From NCBI GenBank assembly GCA_963749495.1, contig CAVVMW010000022.1, positions 256,001 to 320,000 of the forward strand: a stretch of DNA of 64,000 bases. The letters run 5' to 3'. The notes beneath the pieces were generated by a model that did not search any database, was not told where the DNA came from, and saw nothing but the letters and a program-made list of their open reading frames with translations. Below, in pieces: positions 54,207 to 64,000 of the stretch. Source of the stretch: an uncultured bacterium (GTDB lineage: Bacteria; Verrucomicrobiota; Verrucomicrobiia; Limisphaerales; UBA8199). The position numbers were made by a program, and so were the translations under genes. Position 1 is the first letter of the stretch. Each line of letters opens with the position of its first letter.

Positions 54207-54560
54207 TCACCGCAGCGCCTCGATCGCGCCGGCCAGTTTGCGGCGGAAGCTCTGCCAGTCGTCCGAGGGAAAGAGTTCGTCGTGCTCGCGCTGGCCGAGC
54301 TTGAAGGCGGCCAGGCGTGCTGCGATGAGTTGCCGGGCAGCGGCGGCGGCGGGCGTGCCCGCTTTCTCTTTGGCCAGCCGAGCCAGCGTGAGCAGATGGC
54401 GATAGTCGTAGAGGCCGGCGCGGAGTTGCTCGAAGTGGATGGCGGGAACGAGCTGGCCCTCGGGCGTGGCGCCGCACCAGGCATAGTCGTCCTCGCGGCA
54501 ATCCAGGGCATAGTAGGGGTCGCCCGCGCAAGCGTTCCAGTGCCAGGAGTTGGCCGTTGG
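54207..54560 (-). pseudogene. 5'-truncated C-terminus of a conserved hypothetical (glycoside hydrolase-associated) protein
   Basis: WHWNACAGDPYYALDCREDD...FEQLRAGLYDYRHL with host-like codons; the upstream part of the ORF looks non-coding. Confidence 0.55.
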
Positions 54561-55189
54561 CCCGACACCGCCGCACGTCCGCCACCGGCCTGCCCCCCAG
54601 CCGCGGCGAGAGCTCCCCCACCCGGCATGGGGCTGGCCTGATGCACCGCCGACCGCCGAAGCTGCTAGCACGCTCGCACGCCGAATGACTTTGACACCGC
54701 CGTGGAATGACGCCATGACGCCTCGATGTCCTTCTTTAGCCTTGACATGACCGCTACTACCTGCTATGGAATAGTCATAACGCAGAATCCGTTGACACGA
54801 AGGATAGGGTGAACCTCTGTGCCAGTTGCTCCCCCCGGGGCGGTTGCCCGGGAAGGACGCCGCGGAAGCGCCCCTCCCGCCCGCCGCCGGAGGTGCCCAG
54901 AGCGGCAAGGAACGCCGCTCATGGTGGAGGCAGAACATGCACTCAGCCGGACACGAATGTGTGGGCAGGGCGCGAGAGGCAGCAGGGGCGAGGGTGCAAG
55001 TGAGCGGGCCAGTGGCTCCCCCTCCGACAACCTCAACCCCACCCGCCTCCTGGGCCCCGCCCACTCAAGGCCTCGGGACAAGGGCCTCGACCTGCACGAC
55101 CGCCCAGGGTCCCGTCAATTGCGTCTGCCCTGTTGGCGGTGGCCCCTCGTGGGGGTCTTCCGGAAGATCGGGCCGCCTCCCGCTCGATT

Positions 55190-55380
55190 CGACCCTGATT
55201 TCTGACGACGCCTGGGGTGAGCTTGCCCGCTCGCTTAACCTCACCCCCCGCGAGCTGCAGATCAGCAGCGGCGTCTTCAACGACGAGGTTGAGGACACCA
55301 TTGCCAGCGACCTCGCCATTTCGGCGCACACCGTTCATGCGCACGTGCGTCAACTCTTCGGAAAACTCGGCGTCATACCG
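55190..55380 (+). CDS. Small LuxR-type HTH (fragment or domain within long ORF 54826-56514)
   Basis: WGELARSLNLTPRELQI...IASDLAISAHTVHAHVRQLFGKLGV. Confidence 0.65.
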
Positions 55381-55879
55381 GCGCCCGCGAGCCACGCGAG
55401 GTTAAAACGCGTTCGGCGACGCCTCACGAGAGTGGATGAATTTCAGCACCGCAGACCAGCATTCGGCGAACTCCCCGAGGACCAAGCGGGTCGGAGAGTC
55501 ATGCATACCTCGGCCACGTCCTCGTCTTGCTCCGGGAAGCGAGGCGGGCCGTGGAAAGCGGAGCCACCGAGCAGGCCCTTGGGAGACTCGAGCGGATTGT
55601 GGCGCTGCTCTTTGGGCCCCGGGCTTCCGAGTGAGCCTGGCCTCCGCGATGCAAGGATGCAATTCAGGCGAAACCACTCGACCGGGAAACGTGAGATGTT
55701 CGCACATTGGTCGGGACGGGATTCCCGGTCGCGTCCGAACCTGGCCATGGGGCAAGCGAAAGCCGGGGCGGTTGGCTCTGTCCCGCTCGTTCCTTGCACG
55801 CTCCCCCTGGGGGCCGAGCACCGAGGTGGCGTGAAAAACCCCCATCGAGGTCCTGTCGCGGCGCTCGCGGGAACCCAAC

Positions 55880-56514
55880 CGCTGGAGCGCGCATCTACCC
55901 TCGCGGTCATAGATCCAGACCGCACCGTGCATGACACCTTGCATAAGGTGGTTGGTCGCCTCGGAGGGCACTGGTCGTTGGTGGGCTATATGAGCGCTGA
56001 GGAAGCACTCGGCCACCTGCCTGCTCATCCTGCGGTTGTGGCCATCGTGGAGGTTCGCCTTCCTGGGCTTTCGGGCATTGATTGCGTCCGCCGGCTGAAG
56101 GCCATGATGCCCGGGCTGCCTATCGTCATGCACAGTGACGCCGCTGCTGAGGAGGCAGTCGTGGACTCACTTGCCGCTGGAGCCTGCGGCTACGTCGTCA
56201 AACCATCCCGCCCGACAGAACTGGCCGCTGCCATTCGGGCGGCCCTTTCAGGATCGGCACACCTGTGCCCCGTGGCGGCGCGGGCAGCGGTCGCATTCGT
56301 TCAGCGCGTCGCGGCCGCCGCTTCCGCAGAATTACTGACCGAGCGCGAGCGCCAGGTCATCGTCTTGCTGGCAAGCCACCTCTCGCGCAAAGAGATCGCA
56401 GTTCGGCTCGGCATTGAGACCGGCACCGTTCGGACACACCTGCGCCGGTTGTACGAAAAGCTCCACGTCCACGACCGGCGGTCGGCCGTAGGCAGATTGC
56501 TCCCCCCTCAATAA
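55880..56514 (+). CDS. NarL/LuxR-family response regulator with an atypical receiver; start uncertain
   Basis: VEVRLPGLSGIDCV, GACGYVVK, LTERERQV...TVRTHLRRLYEKLHV. Confidence 0.8.
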
Positions 56515-56656
56515 GCCGGCCTTGCGTCTTCAGGTAGCCGCCCTGGTTGAGCGTACGCCGAGGCGTACGCCCCTTTAGATCTGGACTGCATCGAGCCGCT
56601 GGCGCGACGATGAAGCTGGCCTGTTAGGGGGCAAACAGAACGAAAGGACAACTCTT

Positions 56657-58827
56657 ATGAAAAGCAGCGTGTTACGAAAAAACAGGGCAGAAACCACTTT
56701 TGCCCAATCATGGCGGAGCAAGGCCTCATCGCCCAGGGCGGCAAGCAGCGGTTCTTGGTCTCGGCTCGCCGGTTGCTCGGCCAAGGTTTCCTGGTTCGCC
56801 GGGGCTGCCTGTGGGCTCCTGCTCTTGCCAATGGGCGTCCGCGCCCAAAGCGAATCGCAGACTGCGAGCCTTCCAGCATTGGCGCAGGACAAGTTCGCCG
56901 CGATGTCCGCGTGGGTCGAGCATTCCGAGTATGAGATCCACTGGCAGCCCGGCGTGGGGGCCTACATGGCGCCCAACCGCGCCCAGAACCTGAGATTCCG
57001 CTTTCAGGACGACGGCGTTACCGTCACGCCCCGGGAGCCGCAGAAGGACGATCCCCTGTGGCAGGTGACGTTACGGTTGGCGAGCTACGGGCGGGCGGGC
57101 GAAACACCTGGCGTTATCGCCGGGGCGTCGTGGACGACCGCCGCGAACACGGCCCAAGCCACGGGCGCGGGCATCGAGGTCGCTTACACCAACAACCAGG
57201 CGGGCATGCGCCAGAGCTTCCTCATAGCAGAAAGGCCGCAAGGGTCCGGACCCCTGCAACTTGACCTCGCCGCCACTCGTGACGGGGTTGATATTTTGGT
57301 TGACTCAGCCGGGGCCTCGGTGCAGTTTATGGGAGGTCAGGGCGGGACCAATATCGTGATGTATTACGCGGACCTGAAGGCCTTTGACGCGACCGGGATG
57401 CCCGTGCCCACCCGGATGGTGGGGGTTGACCAGGATAACTTCACGATCGTCGTCGATGACCAGAACGCCGTCTATCCGCTGCTAGTGGATCCCCTCATGG
57501 GCAACGGCAGCGGTGGTTACCTCAGTAGCCCGCAAACCGGGAGTTGGTTCGGGAAATCGGTCGCCTGGGTCGGGTATCTGTGGCAAACCGGGGGCTCTTG
57601 GGTCGGCGGGCTTTTGGTCGAGACCCGTACTTCGACCCCGGCAGCACGCCGCAAGCGGGGAAGGTCTTCTTCTACAGCGCTGCTGGTGGCAGCCTGCCTA
57701 CCACCCCGACGTGGAGTTACGCCGGGACCCAGTCCTACGAGAACGTGGGCTGGGGCGTGGCCGACGGCGGGTTGTGCGGGTGGAAGAGCGGCGCGGCCAG
57801 CTTATACGGCAATCTCCTGCTGGGTGCCCCAGGCTACGGGAGTGGAACGCGCGTGGGCGCTGCCTTCGCCTTCTACCCGGATTCATCCGGCAATTACGCC
57901 TCATCGCCCGATTGGATGGTCACGGGCGGGGTCAATGGGGCAAACCTGGGCGCCTCGCTCTGCAATTCAGGTAAGATCACCTACTCCGAACCCGCTCACT
58001 CTGTTATTGTTGGGGCTCCCTATTACAATTATGGGTCTGGCTCACAGAATGGGCAAGTGCTGCTCTATGTGGCGACCTCAAGCGGATTCAGCACCACGCC
58101 GAGTTGGTCCGCCTACGGCAGTTACAACTATGCCTATTTCGGTTTCAGCGTGGCCGCGGGACACCTGGCCGGCAAAGTTTATTACGACCTCATCGTTGGC
58201 GCGCCAGGGGCCAATGGAGAGCAGGGCGGGACGGTGTACATTTACCTTGACACGCCTGTGACCGGGTATTATAGCACCACCCCGAACACGACGCTGTCAG
58301 GAGCGCAGGGAACCGAGAATTTTGGATATTCGGTCGCCAGCGGCTTCGAGGTCAACGCGGACCAGTACCAGGACGTCCTCGTGGGCGCACCGTATGGAAA
58401 CGCCGGTGGAATGACGAGCAACGGCCGGGTGTTGCTCTACTTGGGTGGCGCCTCGGGCGGCGTGAACACGACGCCGGCTTGGAGCAATTGGGGCGCTATG
58501 ACCGGGGCCAAATTCGGCTGGAGTGTCGCGGGCGGCGACATCAACAGCGACGGGTATGCGGACGTGATGGTTGGGGCGCCAGGCACGACAACGATGTCCG
58601 GGAAGTACACGAACGGCGGCCGGGCGATCTGCTGGATAACTGAGACCTCGACTGGTCTGCCCGGCAGCACTGTGGGCTGGGCCGAGGGCCAATGTTTGAA
58701 CCTGCAGCTCGGATACAGCATCTCGTTTGGACCCAGCCTGGTCAACGGGCTGCCCAACCTGATCGCCGGCGCGCCGGGCAACGACTCTGGCTGCTCCCCG
58801 AACGTCATGACTTATTATTGGCAATAG
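56657..58827 (+). CDS. Secreted FG-GAP/integrin-alpha repeat protein with an N-terminal YPLLVDP-type domain; frameshift near 57620
   Basis: YPLLVDP; repeated FG.SVA..GD.N.DGY.D..VGAP motifs. Confidence 0.85.
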
Positions 58828-58846
58828 GCAAATTAATCGGTCTTCT

Positions 58847-59813
58847 ATGGGAGCCCCATCTTCATCACCATCGGAGCCCGGCGGGCGCCGGCCGGGCGGC
58901 TTTACGCTCGTCGAGCTCCTGGTGGTGATAGCGGTCATCGCCCTTCTGGCGGCCCTTCTGCTGCCGGTTCTGGCGCGGGCCAAGGCCAAAGCAAGGACCA
59001 CCTTCTGCCTGGGCAACAAGAGGCAGTTGGGCCTGGCTTGGCGGCTCTACGCCGAGGAAAACGGCGACAATATGCCTTACAACAGCCCAGTGGGAACCCC
59101 AGGCTGGTATTTGCTCCCAGGCATGCCGGTCTATCTCCCTGACGCGCCAAATTGGGTCGAGGGCATGATGTCATGGGGGGTTGCCCGGGCGTCCTATGGG
59201 CCTCTGCCCGGATCGGATGACACGAACCTCCTTTATCTGACCAGTGATGCCTACAGCAGCATGGCGCGTTATTTGGGCCATTCGGCCGCGGTTCTGCACT
59301 GCCCCGAGGACACGTTCCTCGACGCACAGCAGAGAGCGGCGGGCTGGCCACAGCGTTGTCGGAGCGTTTCGATGAATTGGGCACTCGGCGACGGCTGGAC
59401 GGAGGTCGAGTGTCGCAAGCATCAGAGCTCTCTCGTCGACGAGGTCTTTCTGGGCTTCTCGACCCGGACGCGTTCGCATTTTTTCGTGCGGGTGCAGGAC
59501 CTCGTCAGCCTGCCGCCCTCGATGGCCTGGGTGTTCCTCGATGAGCACCCGGATACGATCAACTTCCCTGGCTTTTGGACGGCTTGGACGCCGGAGGGCG
59601 TCTGGTGGGGGCAGCTTCCGGCCAGCTATCACAGCCGCGGGTGCAGCCTTCGTCTTCGCCGATGGGCACGGCGAATACAAGAAGTGGGTCGTCCCTTCGA
59701 CCTGCGTGCCCGTCACTTACGCCTGGTACACTCCAGCGCCATTAAGCCACGACACCCGGGATTGGGACTGGCTGGCACGCCGGACCCTCGAGCCCAGCGC
59801 CTTTCCGCCCTAA
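58847..59813 (+). CDS. Prepilin-type N-methylation / H-X9-DG protein; frameshift near 59645
   Basis: [36 protein letters not shown]...FVFADGH. Confidence 0.88.
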
Positions 59814-60044
59814 TGGTTTGCGGCGCCGCCATGCCCGCCAGCAAATGGGTCAGCCATTATGCTGAGTTTTCAGTTATGCGGAGGTCAACGGAAAGTTCCC
59901 CTGTTCCTGCTGGAAAGACCCACTTTCCACGATCGCAACTGCGCATAATCTCGCCAGCGGCAGGATCACGGAAACCGCCCTGCTCCCTAATGATTTTGCC
60001 GCCAATGATTCTGCTTTTTCTGTCGAATGGTTCTGCTGGGCAGG

Positions 60045-61313
60045 TCAGGACTTGAGGCCGCTGGTGTTGAACTCCCACTTTTCGTCCGCCTTGAGGATCT
60101 CGTCCCAGGTCACTTCGACCTGTTTGTAGGCGGCAGTGCGGCCGAGGATGGTGGTGAGATTGCTGCGCACGCTTGGCGGCACCGTCGGGTTGGAGCAATC
60201 GCCCTTGGTGATTTGGTCGTGGAAGGCGGCGATATTGCGCTGGGCGCCGACCAGGTAAATATCGTCGGTCTTGCCGCTGAAGCGGTCGTCGCGGCTGCGG
60301 AGCCAGCAGTCGCCGCCGTAGTTGGTCTCGGCTGAGCCGCTCACGCCATGGGCGCGGACCATGATGTCGTCGAAACCGAATCCGACCTGTTTGGCCGTGA
60401 AGGTGACCATGAGGTCGTTGGGGAAGAAGAACAGCACCGAGTAGTGGTCCCAGCAGTCGCCCAGGAACGGGCGGGAGCGCCCGCCGCGGCCGTAGGCCTT
60501 GATGGGGTTGGCATCGACGATCCAGGTGGCCACGTCAAGGGCATGGATGTTCTGTTCCGTGATGACGTCGCCGGAGAGGAGCCGGTCGATGCCCCAGGTG
60601 CGCAGGCGCACCTCGGGGTTTTGCGGTTCCCGGCGCAACTCGGCGTCGCGCCCCTCGAACATCAGGCTGGTCTGGTATTCGGCATAGACGGTGACCAGCT
60701 TGCCGATGCCGCCGTTGTGAATGCGGGAGACGACCTCCTGGTAGGAGGGCATGATGCGGGTCTGGAAGTCGACCAGGAACGTGAGTCTTTTGGCGGTGGC
60801 CGCGCGCCCGCTCTGGGCAATGGACTTGCAACCGGGGACATCCACCGCAGTGGGCTTGGCCAGATACACGTGCTTGCCCGCCTCGACAGCCGCCGCCGCT
60901 TGCTCCGGGTGAAAGTAGGGCGGACTCTCGATGGCCACGGCGTCCAGTTTCTCGCCCAACAAGCGTTTGTAGCCGGACAAACCGGTGAACCGCTTGGCCT
61001 CCGGCACCTGGAGTTTGCTCCCGGCGTCATCCACGCGATCCTGGAAATAGTCGGCCAGGGCAACCACGTTGTAGTGGCCGTCCTTGGCAAAGAGCTCGGC
61101 AATCCAGGCCCCGCGCCCGCCGCAACCGATGACGCCGACATCCAGCTTCGAGTTGGCCTCCGCGGCTCCAACCAGCCCGGGTTTGAGGATCGTCAGGCCG
61201 GCCGCCGCCGCTCCTGCGCTGGCGAGGAACTTGCGCCGTGTAATGTCTGGGCTGCCGCCTGTCAGTGCCGGGTGGGTCCCGGAGACGGCCGTCGAAGGAT
61301 TCGATGTATTCAT
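60045..61313 (-). CDS. Tat-exported Gfo/Idh/MocA oxidoreductase
   Basis: [38 protein letters not shown]. Confidence 0.92.
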   Translation of the reverse strand: MNTSNPSTAVSGTHPALTGGSPDITRRKFLASAGAAAAGLTILKPGLVGAAEANSKLDVGVIGCGGRGAWIAELFAKDGHYNVVALADYFQDRVDDAGSKLQVPEAKRFTGLSGYKRLLGEKLDAVAIESPPYFHPEQAAAAVEAGKHVYLAKPTAVDVPGCKSIAQSGRAATAKRLTFLVDFQTRIMPSYQEVVSRIHNGGIGKLVTVYAEYQTSLMFEGRDAELRREPQNPEVRLRTWGIDRLLSGDVITEQNIHALDVATWIVDANPIKAYGRGGRSRPFLGDCWDHYSVLFFFPNDLMVTFTAKQVGFGFDDIMVRAHGVSGSAETNYGGDCWLRSRDDRFSGKTDDIYLVGAQRNIAAFHDQITKGDCSNPTVPPSVRSNLTTILGRTAAYKQVEVTWDEILKADEKWEFNTSGLKS

Positions 61314-61698
61314 GCCACGAGATAATGACGGAAGGGGCGGAATGTCAAGCCGGAGACGACGGGGGAATGACGAATGACGAATGACGAATGACGAATGACG
61401 AATGACGAATGACGAAACGGCGACGAGGAGACAGGGCTGAGGGGCGAAGGGCGAGCGAAGCCCGCAAGGTATTGGACTGCGCCAGTCCTCTGGCGCTTTC
61501 GTCATTCGTCATTCGTCATTCGTCATTCGTCATTCGTCATTCGTCATTCGTCATTCGTCATTCGTCATTCGTCATTCGTCATTCGTCATTCGTCATTCGT
61601 CATTCGTCATTCGTCATTCGTCATTCGTCATTCGTCATTCACCCCCTTCGCCCCCAAAATGTTCTGGCAATCCGGGCGTCGCCTGCTACAACACATCC

Positions 61699-62454
61699 AT
61701 GAAGAAAACACGCCTTGGCATTCTCATCGCTTTGACCGCACTCACCGCGTTTTGGGCCTCCGGGGCCGGCCCGGCCCAGGGCGCGCCGGAAAAGCTCCGC
61801 GTGCTTGTCGTCACCGGCGGGCACGACTTCGAGCAGGCACCCTTCTTCCAGGTCTTCAAAGACAATCCCGACATCACCTACCAGGCAGTGGAACATCCCA
61901 ATGCCCACGCCCTGCTCAAGGCGGAGGCCGCCAAACAATACGACGTGCTCGTCCTTTACGATATGCACCAGGAGATCACCGACGAGGCCAAGGCCGATTT
62001 CCTGGCGCGGCTCAAGGAGGGCAAGGGGTTGGTGGTGCTGCACCACGCGATTGCCTCCTACCAGAAGTGGCCGGAGTACCTGAAGATCATCGGCGCCCGC
62101 TATTACCTGGAGCCCACCATGGTCGATGGCGTCCAAAAGGCCCGTTCCGCCTACCAGCATGGGGTCAACATTCCGATCCACGTCGCCGACCCACGCCACC
62201 CGATCACTCGCGGCATCAACGACTATGTAATCCATGACGAGACCTACAAACTCTTCGATGTGGCCGCCCAGTGCCACCCGCTCCTGACCACCGACGAACC
62301 CCTCAGCAACAAGGTCATCGGCTGGTGCAAGACCTACCAGGCCGCCCGCGTCGTCTATCTGCAGTCCGGCCACGACCATTTTGCCTACGAAAACCCCAAC
62401 TACCGCCAGATCCTCCGCCAGGCCATCCGGTGGGTGGCCAAAAAAGAAGGCTAA
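61699..62454 (+). CDS. Secreted ThuA domain protein
   Basis: VLVVTGGHDF, GKGLVVLHHA, HPIT..DETY, YLQSGHD. Confidence 0.88.
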   Translation: MKKTRLGILIALTALTAFWASGAGPAQGAPEKLRVLVVTGGHDFEQAPFFQVFKDNPDITYQAVEHPNAHALLKAEAAKQYDVLVLYDMHQEITDEAKADFLARLKEGKGLVVLHHAIASYQKWPEYLKIIGARYYLEPTMVDGVQKARSAYQHGVNIPIHVADPRHPITRGINDYVIHDETYKLFDVAAQCHPLLTTDEPLSNKVIGWCKTYQAARVVYLQSGHDHFAYENPNYRQILRQAIRWVAKKEG

Positions 62455-62572
62455 AGGCTGAAGGCTAAAGGCTAAAGTGCAGAGACCAAAGGTGCATAAC
62501 TCGGCCCCACAGGTCTTCACGATCCAGAGAACCCCGTTCCGGGACTTCAGCCTTTAGCCTTTAGCCTTTAGC
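62448..62572. repeat. Inverted pair of (GGCTAAA)n heptamer arrays; same unit at ~44009-44052
   Basis: GGCTAAAGGCTGAAGGCTAAAGGCTAAAG ... CTTCAGCCTTTAGCCTTTAGCCTTTAGC. Confidence 0.85.
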
Positions 62573-62583
62573 ATTTTTCCCGC

Positions 62584-63357
62584 ATGTTCTTGAAAATCAT
62601 TGCGTGCGAGATTGCGGCGCGGGAGCTGTATCACCTGACCGCGCAGTCGCGCAACCTCATCGATATCGAACTGCTCACTCAAGGCTACCACGACACGCCC
62701 GGCGCGGGCCGTGAGGAAATTCAGAGGCGCATCGCGGCGGTGCCTGCGGGCAAGTACGACGCCATCCTCCTGGGCTACGGCCTCTGCAGCAATATCCTGG
62801 ACGGCTTGAGCGCCTCCCATACACCGCTGGTCATCCCGCGCGCCCACGATTGCATCACCTTCTTCCTCGGCTCCAAGGAACGCTACCAGCAGTGCTTTGC
62901 CGAACGTCCGGGCACTTATTACTATACCTCGGGCTGGCTGGAATTCGCCAGGAGACGCGGCGATAAAGGGCCGGTCTGGGGCGGGATGTCGTTGCCGGCC
63001 GGTGCCAACCAGGGCCTGACCAATGCCTACGAGCAGTGGGTGCGCAAATACGGCGAGGACCAGGCAAAATACCTGGTCCAGGAGATGAGCCGCTGGACCC
63101 AGTCCTACTCCCACGGGACCCTCATCGAGTTCGACTTCACCAAGCCGCTCAGGCTCTGCGAGCAGGTCCGGCAAATCTGCGCCGAAAAGGGCTGGCAGTA
63201 TGATGAGATACCCGGCGACCTGGCGCTCCTGCGGACTCTGCTCGAAGGCGAGTGGCCCGAATCGGCGTTCCTGGTTGTTCAGCCGGGGCAAACGGTGGCG
63301 GCCACGTTCGATGAGACGGTGATCGGGGTCAGAAGCTCAGGAGTAGTTGCCAGATGA
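62584..63357 (+). CDS. DUF1638 domain protein (often found with corrinoid methyltransferase genes)
   Basis: IIACE, GYHDTP, LGYGLCSN, PRAHDCITFFLGS, YYYTSGW. Confidence 0.88.
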   Translation: MFLKIIACEIAARELYHLTAQSRNLIDIELLTQGYHDTPGAGREEIQRRIAAVPAGKYDAILLGYGLCSNILDGLSASHTPLVIPRAHDCITFFLGSKERYQQCFAERPGTYYYTSGWLEFARRRGDKGPVWGGMSLPAGANQGLTNAYEQWVRKYGEDQAKYLVQEMSRWTQSYSHGTLIEFDFTKPLRLCEQVRQICAEKGWQYDEIPGDLALLRTLLEGEWPESAFLVVQPGQTVAATFDETVIGVRSSGVVAR

Positions 63358-64000
63358 AAACTGTCCCGAAGGCATCGATGTCTTCCCAGATCTTGCGGAC
63401 CAGGTCCGGGCTGCCGGTGATTTCGGGCAGGGCCTTGACGCGCTCTTCCCAGGGGAAGCAGACGCCGGGCTGGATGCGCGGCGCAGGCCGGCCCGCCATG
63501 CCGGTCAGTCTTTGGCGCTCGGCCACGGAGGCGGGCACCTGGCTGGGCGCGGTGGCGGTCGGGGTCTTGTAGGTGCCGGCGGCATAGACGCCGTGTTGGC
63601 GGGCGGTCTGGGTCATGACGCGCAGGTTTTCGATGCTGGTGTCGTCCTGCATGATGGCGCCGGCGTCCAGGATATAACCGCCGTCGCGGGCGACCTCGTC
63701 CAGGACGCGGCGGCAAAAGGCGCGGACCTCCTCGGGCGTGCCGAAGCTGAGCAGGACATTGGGGATGCCGCCGCTGATGGCGAATTTGTCGTGGAGCTGC
63801 TGATGGACTTTGAAGATGTCGTCCTGGTCGCAATGAAAGACGATGCTGCGGTCGGGCAGCTCGCGGAAGGCCTCGAAATGGTAGTGCCACTTGCCCTCGG
63901 CATAGAACATGGTCTGGTGACCCTGTTTCCAGAATTCCTCGATGATGGGCTTGAGCGTGGGCCAGTAGTGTGAGTCGAATTGGCGCGGGTTGATGAAGGG
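63329..64000 (-). CDS. Uroporphyrinogen decarboxylase-family / MtaA-like protein, partial (runs off the window)
   Basis: FYAEGKW, ISGGIPNVLL.FGTPEEVR, DGGYILD, ENLRVM. Confidence 0.85.
   Translation of the reverse strand, partial: PFINPRQFDSHYWPTLKPIIEEFWKQGHQTMFYAEGKWHYHFEAFRELPDRSIVFHCDQDDIFKVHQQLHDKFAISGGIPNVLLSFGTPEEVRAFCRRVLDEVARDGGYILDAGAIMQDDTSIENLRVMTQTARQHGVYAAGTYKTPTATAPSQVPASVAERQRLTGMAGRPAPRIQPGVCFPWEERVKALPEITGSPDLVRKIWEDIDAFGTVFIWQLLLSF

Noticed and set aside
1827..59813. About 12 single frameshifts as programmed frameshifting or mass pseudogenisation
   Set aside because: They hit unrelated genes, often near G/C runs, with no accumulation of in-frame stops, which is typical of long-read indel errors; needs read polishing to confirm.
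61498..61640. Repeat arrays as CRISPR
   Set aside because: Pure 7-bp tandem units with no spacers, and no cas genes in the window.

Overview
GC-rich bacterial chromosome segment. The protein families present (PA14/LamG surface proteins, H-X9-DG prepilin-like protein, TIGR02999-type ECF sigma fragment, Tat-signal oxidoreductases) suggest a Verrucomicrobiota/PVC-group organism; this is an inference. Roughly a dozen genes are split by single frameshifts, most likely long-read indel errors. 1-5570 is an accessory region: toxin-antitoxin pairs and gene fragments punctuated by a recurring GGGGTC-type terminal motif, a ~250 bp direct repeat and a MITE with a 10-bp target duplication. 9181-12092 is a REP-like element split precisely at CAAC by a tyrosine recombinase + IS91-type transposase element; an intact IS200-type HUH transposase flanked by the same REP family lies at 19621-20320. 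Also present: two convergent antitoxins whose toxins are both truncated at one junction, a TetR-RND efflux operon whose permease appears fused to the outer-membrane factor, two giant secreted PA14-repeat proteins, amino-sugar recycling genes (kinase-MurQ with an internal deletion; SIS protein), housekeeping genes (tatD, ftsB-like, frr, glgA, serS), a LuxR/FG-GAP/prepilin island, and many intergenic 7-, 9- and 12-bp tandem repeats often arranged as inverted pairs. No rRNA, tRNA or CRISPR array was recognised.
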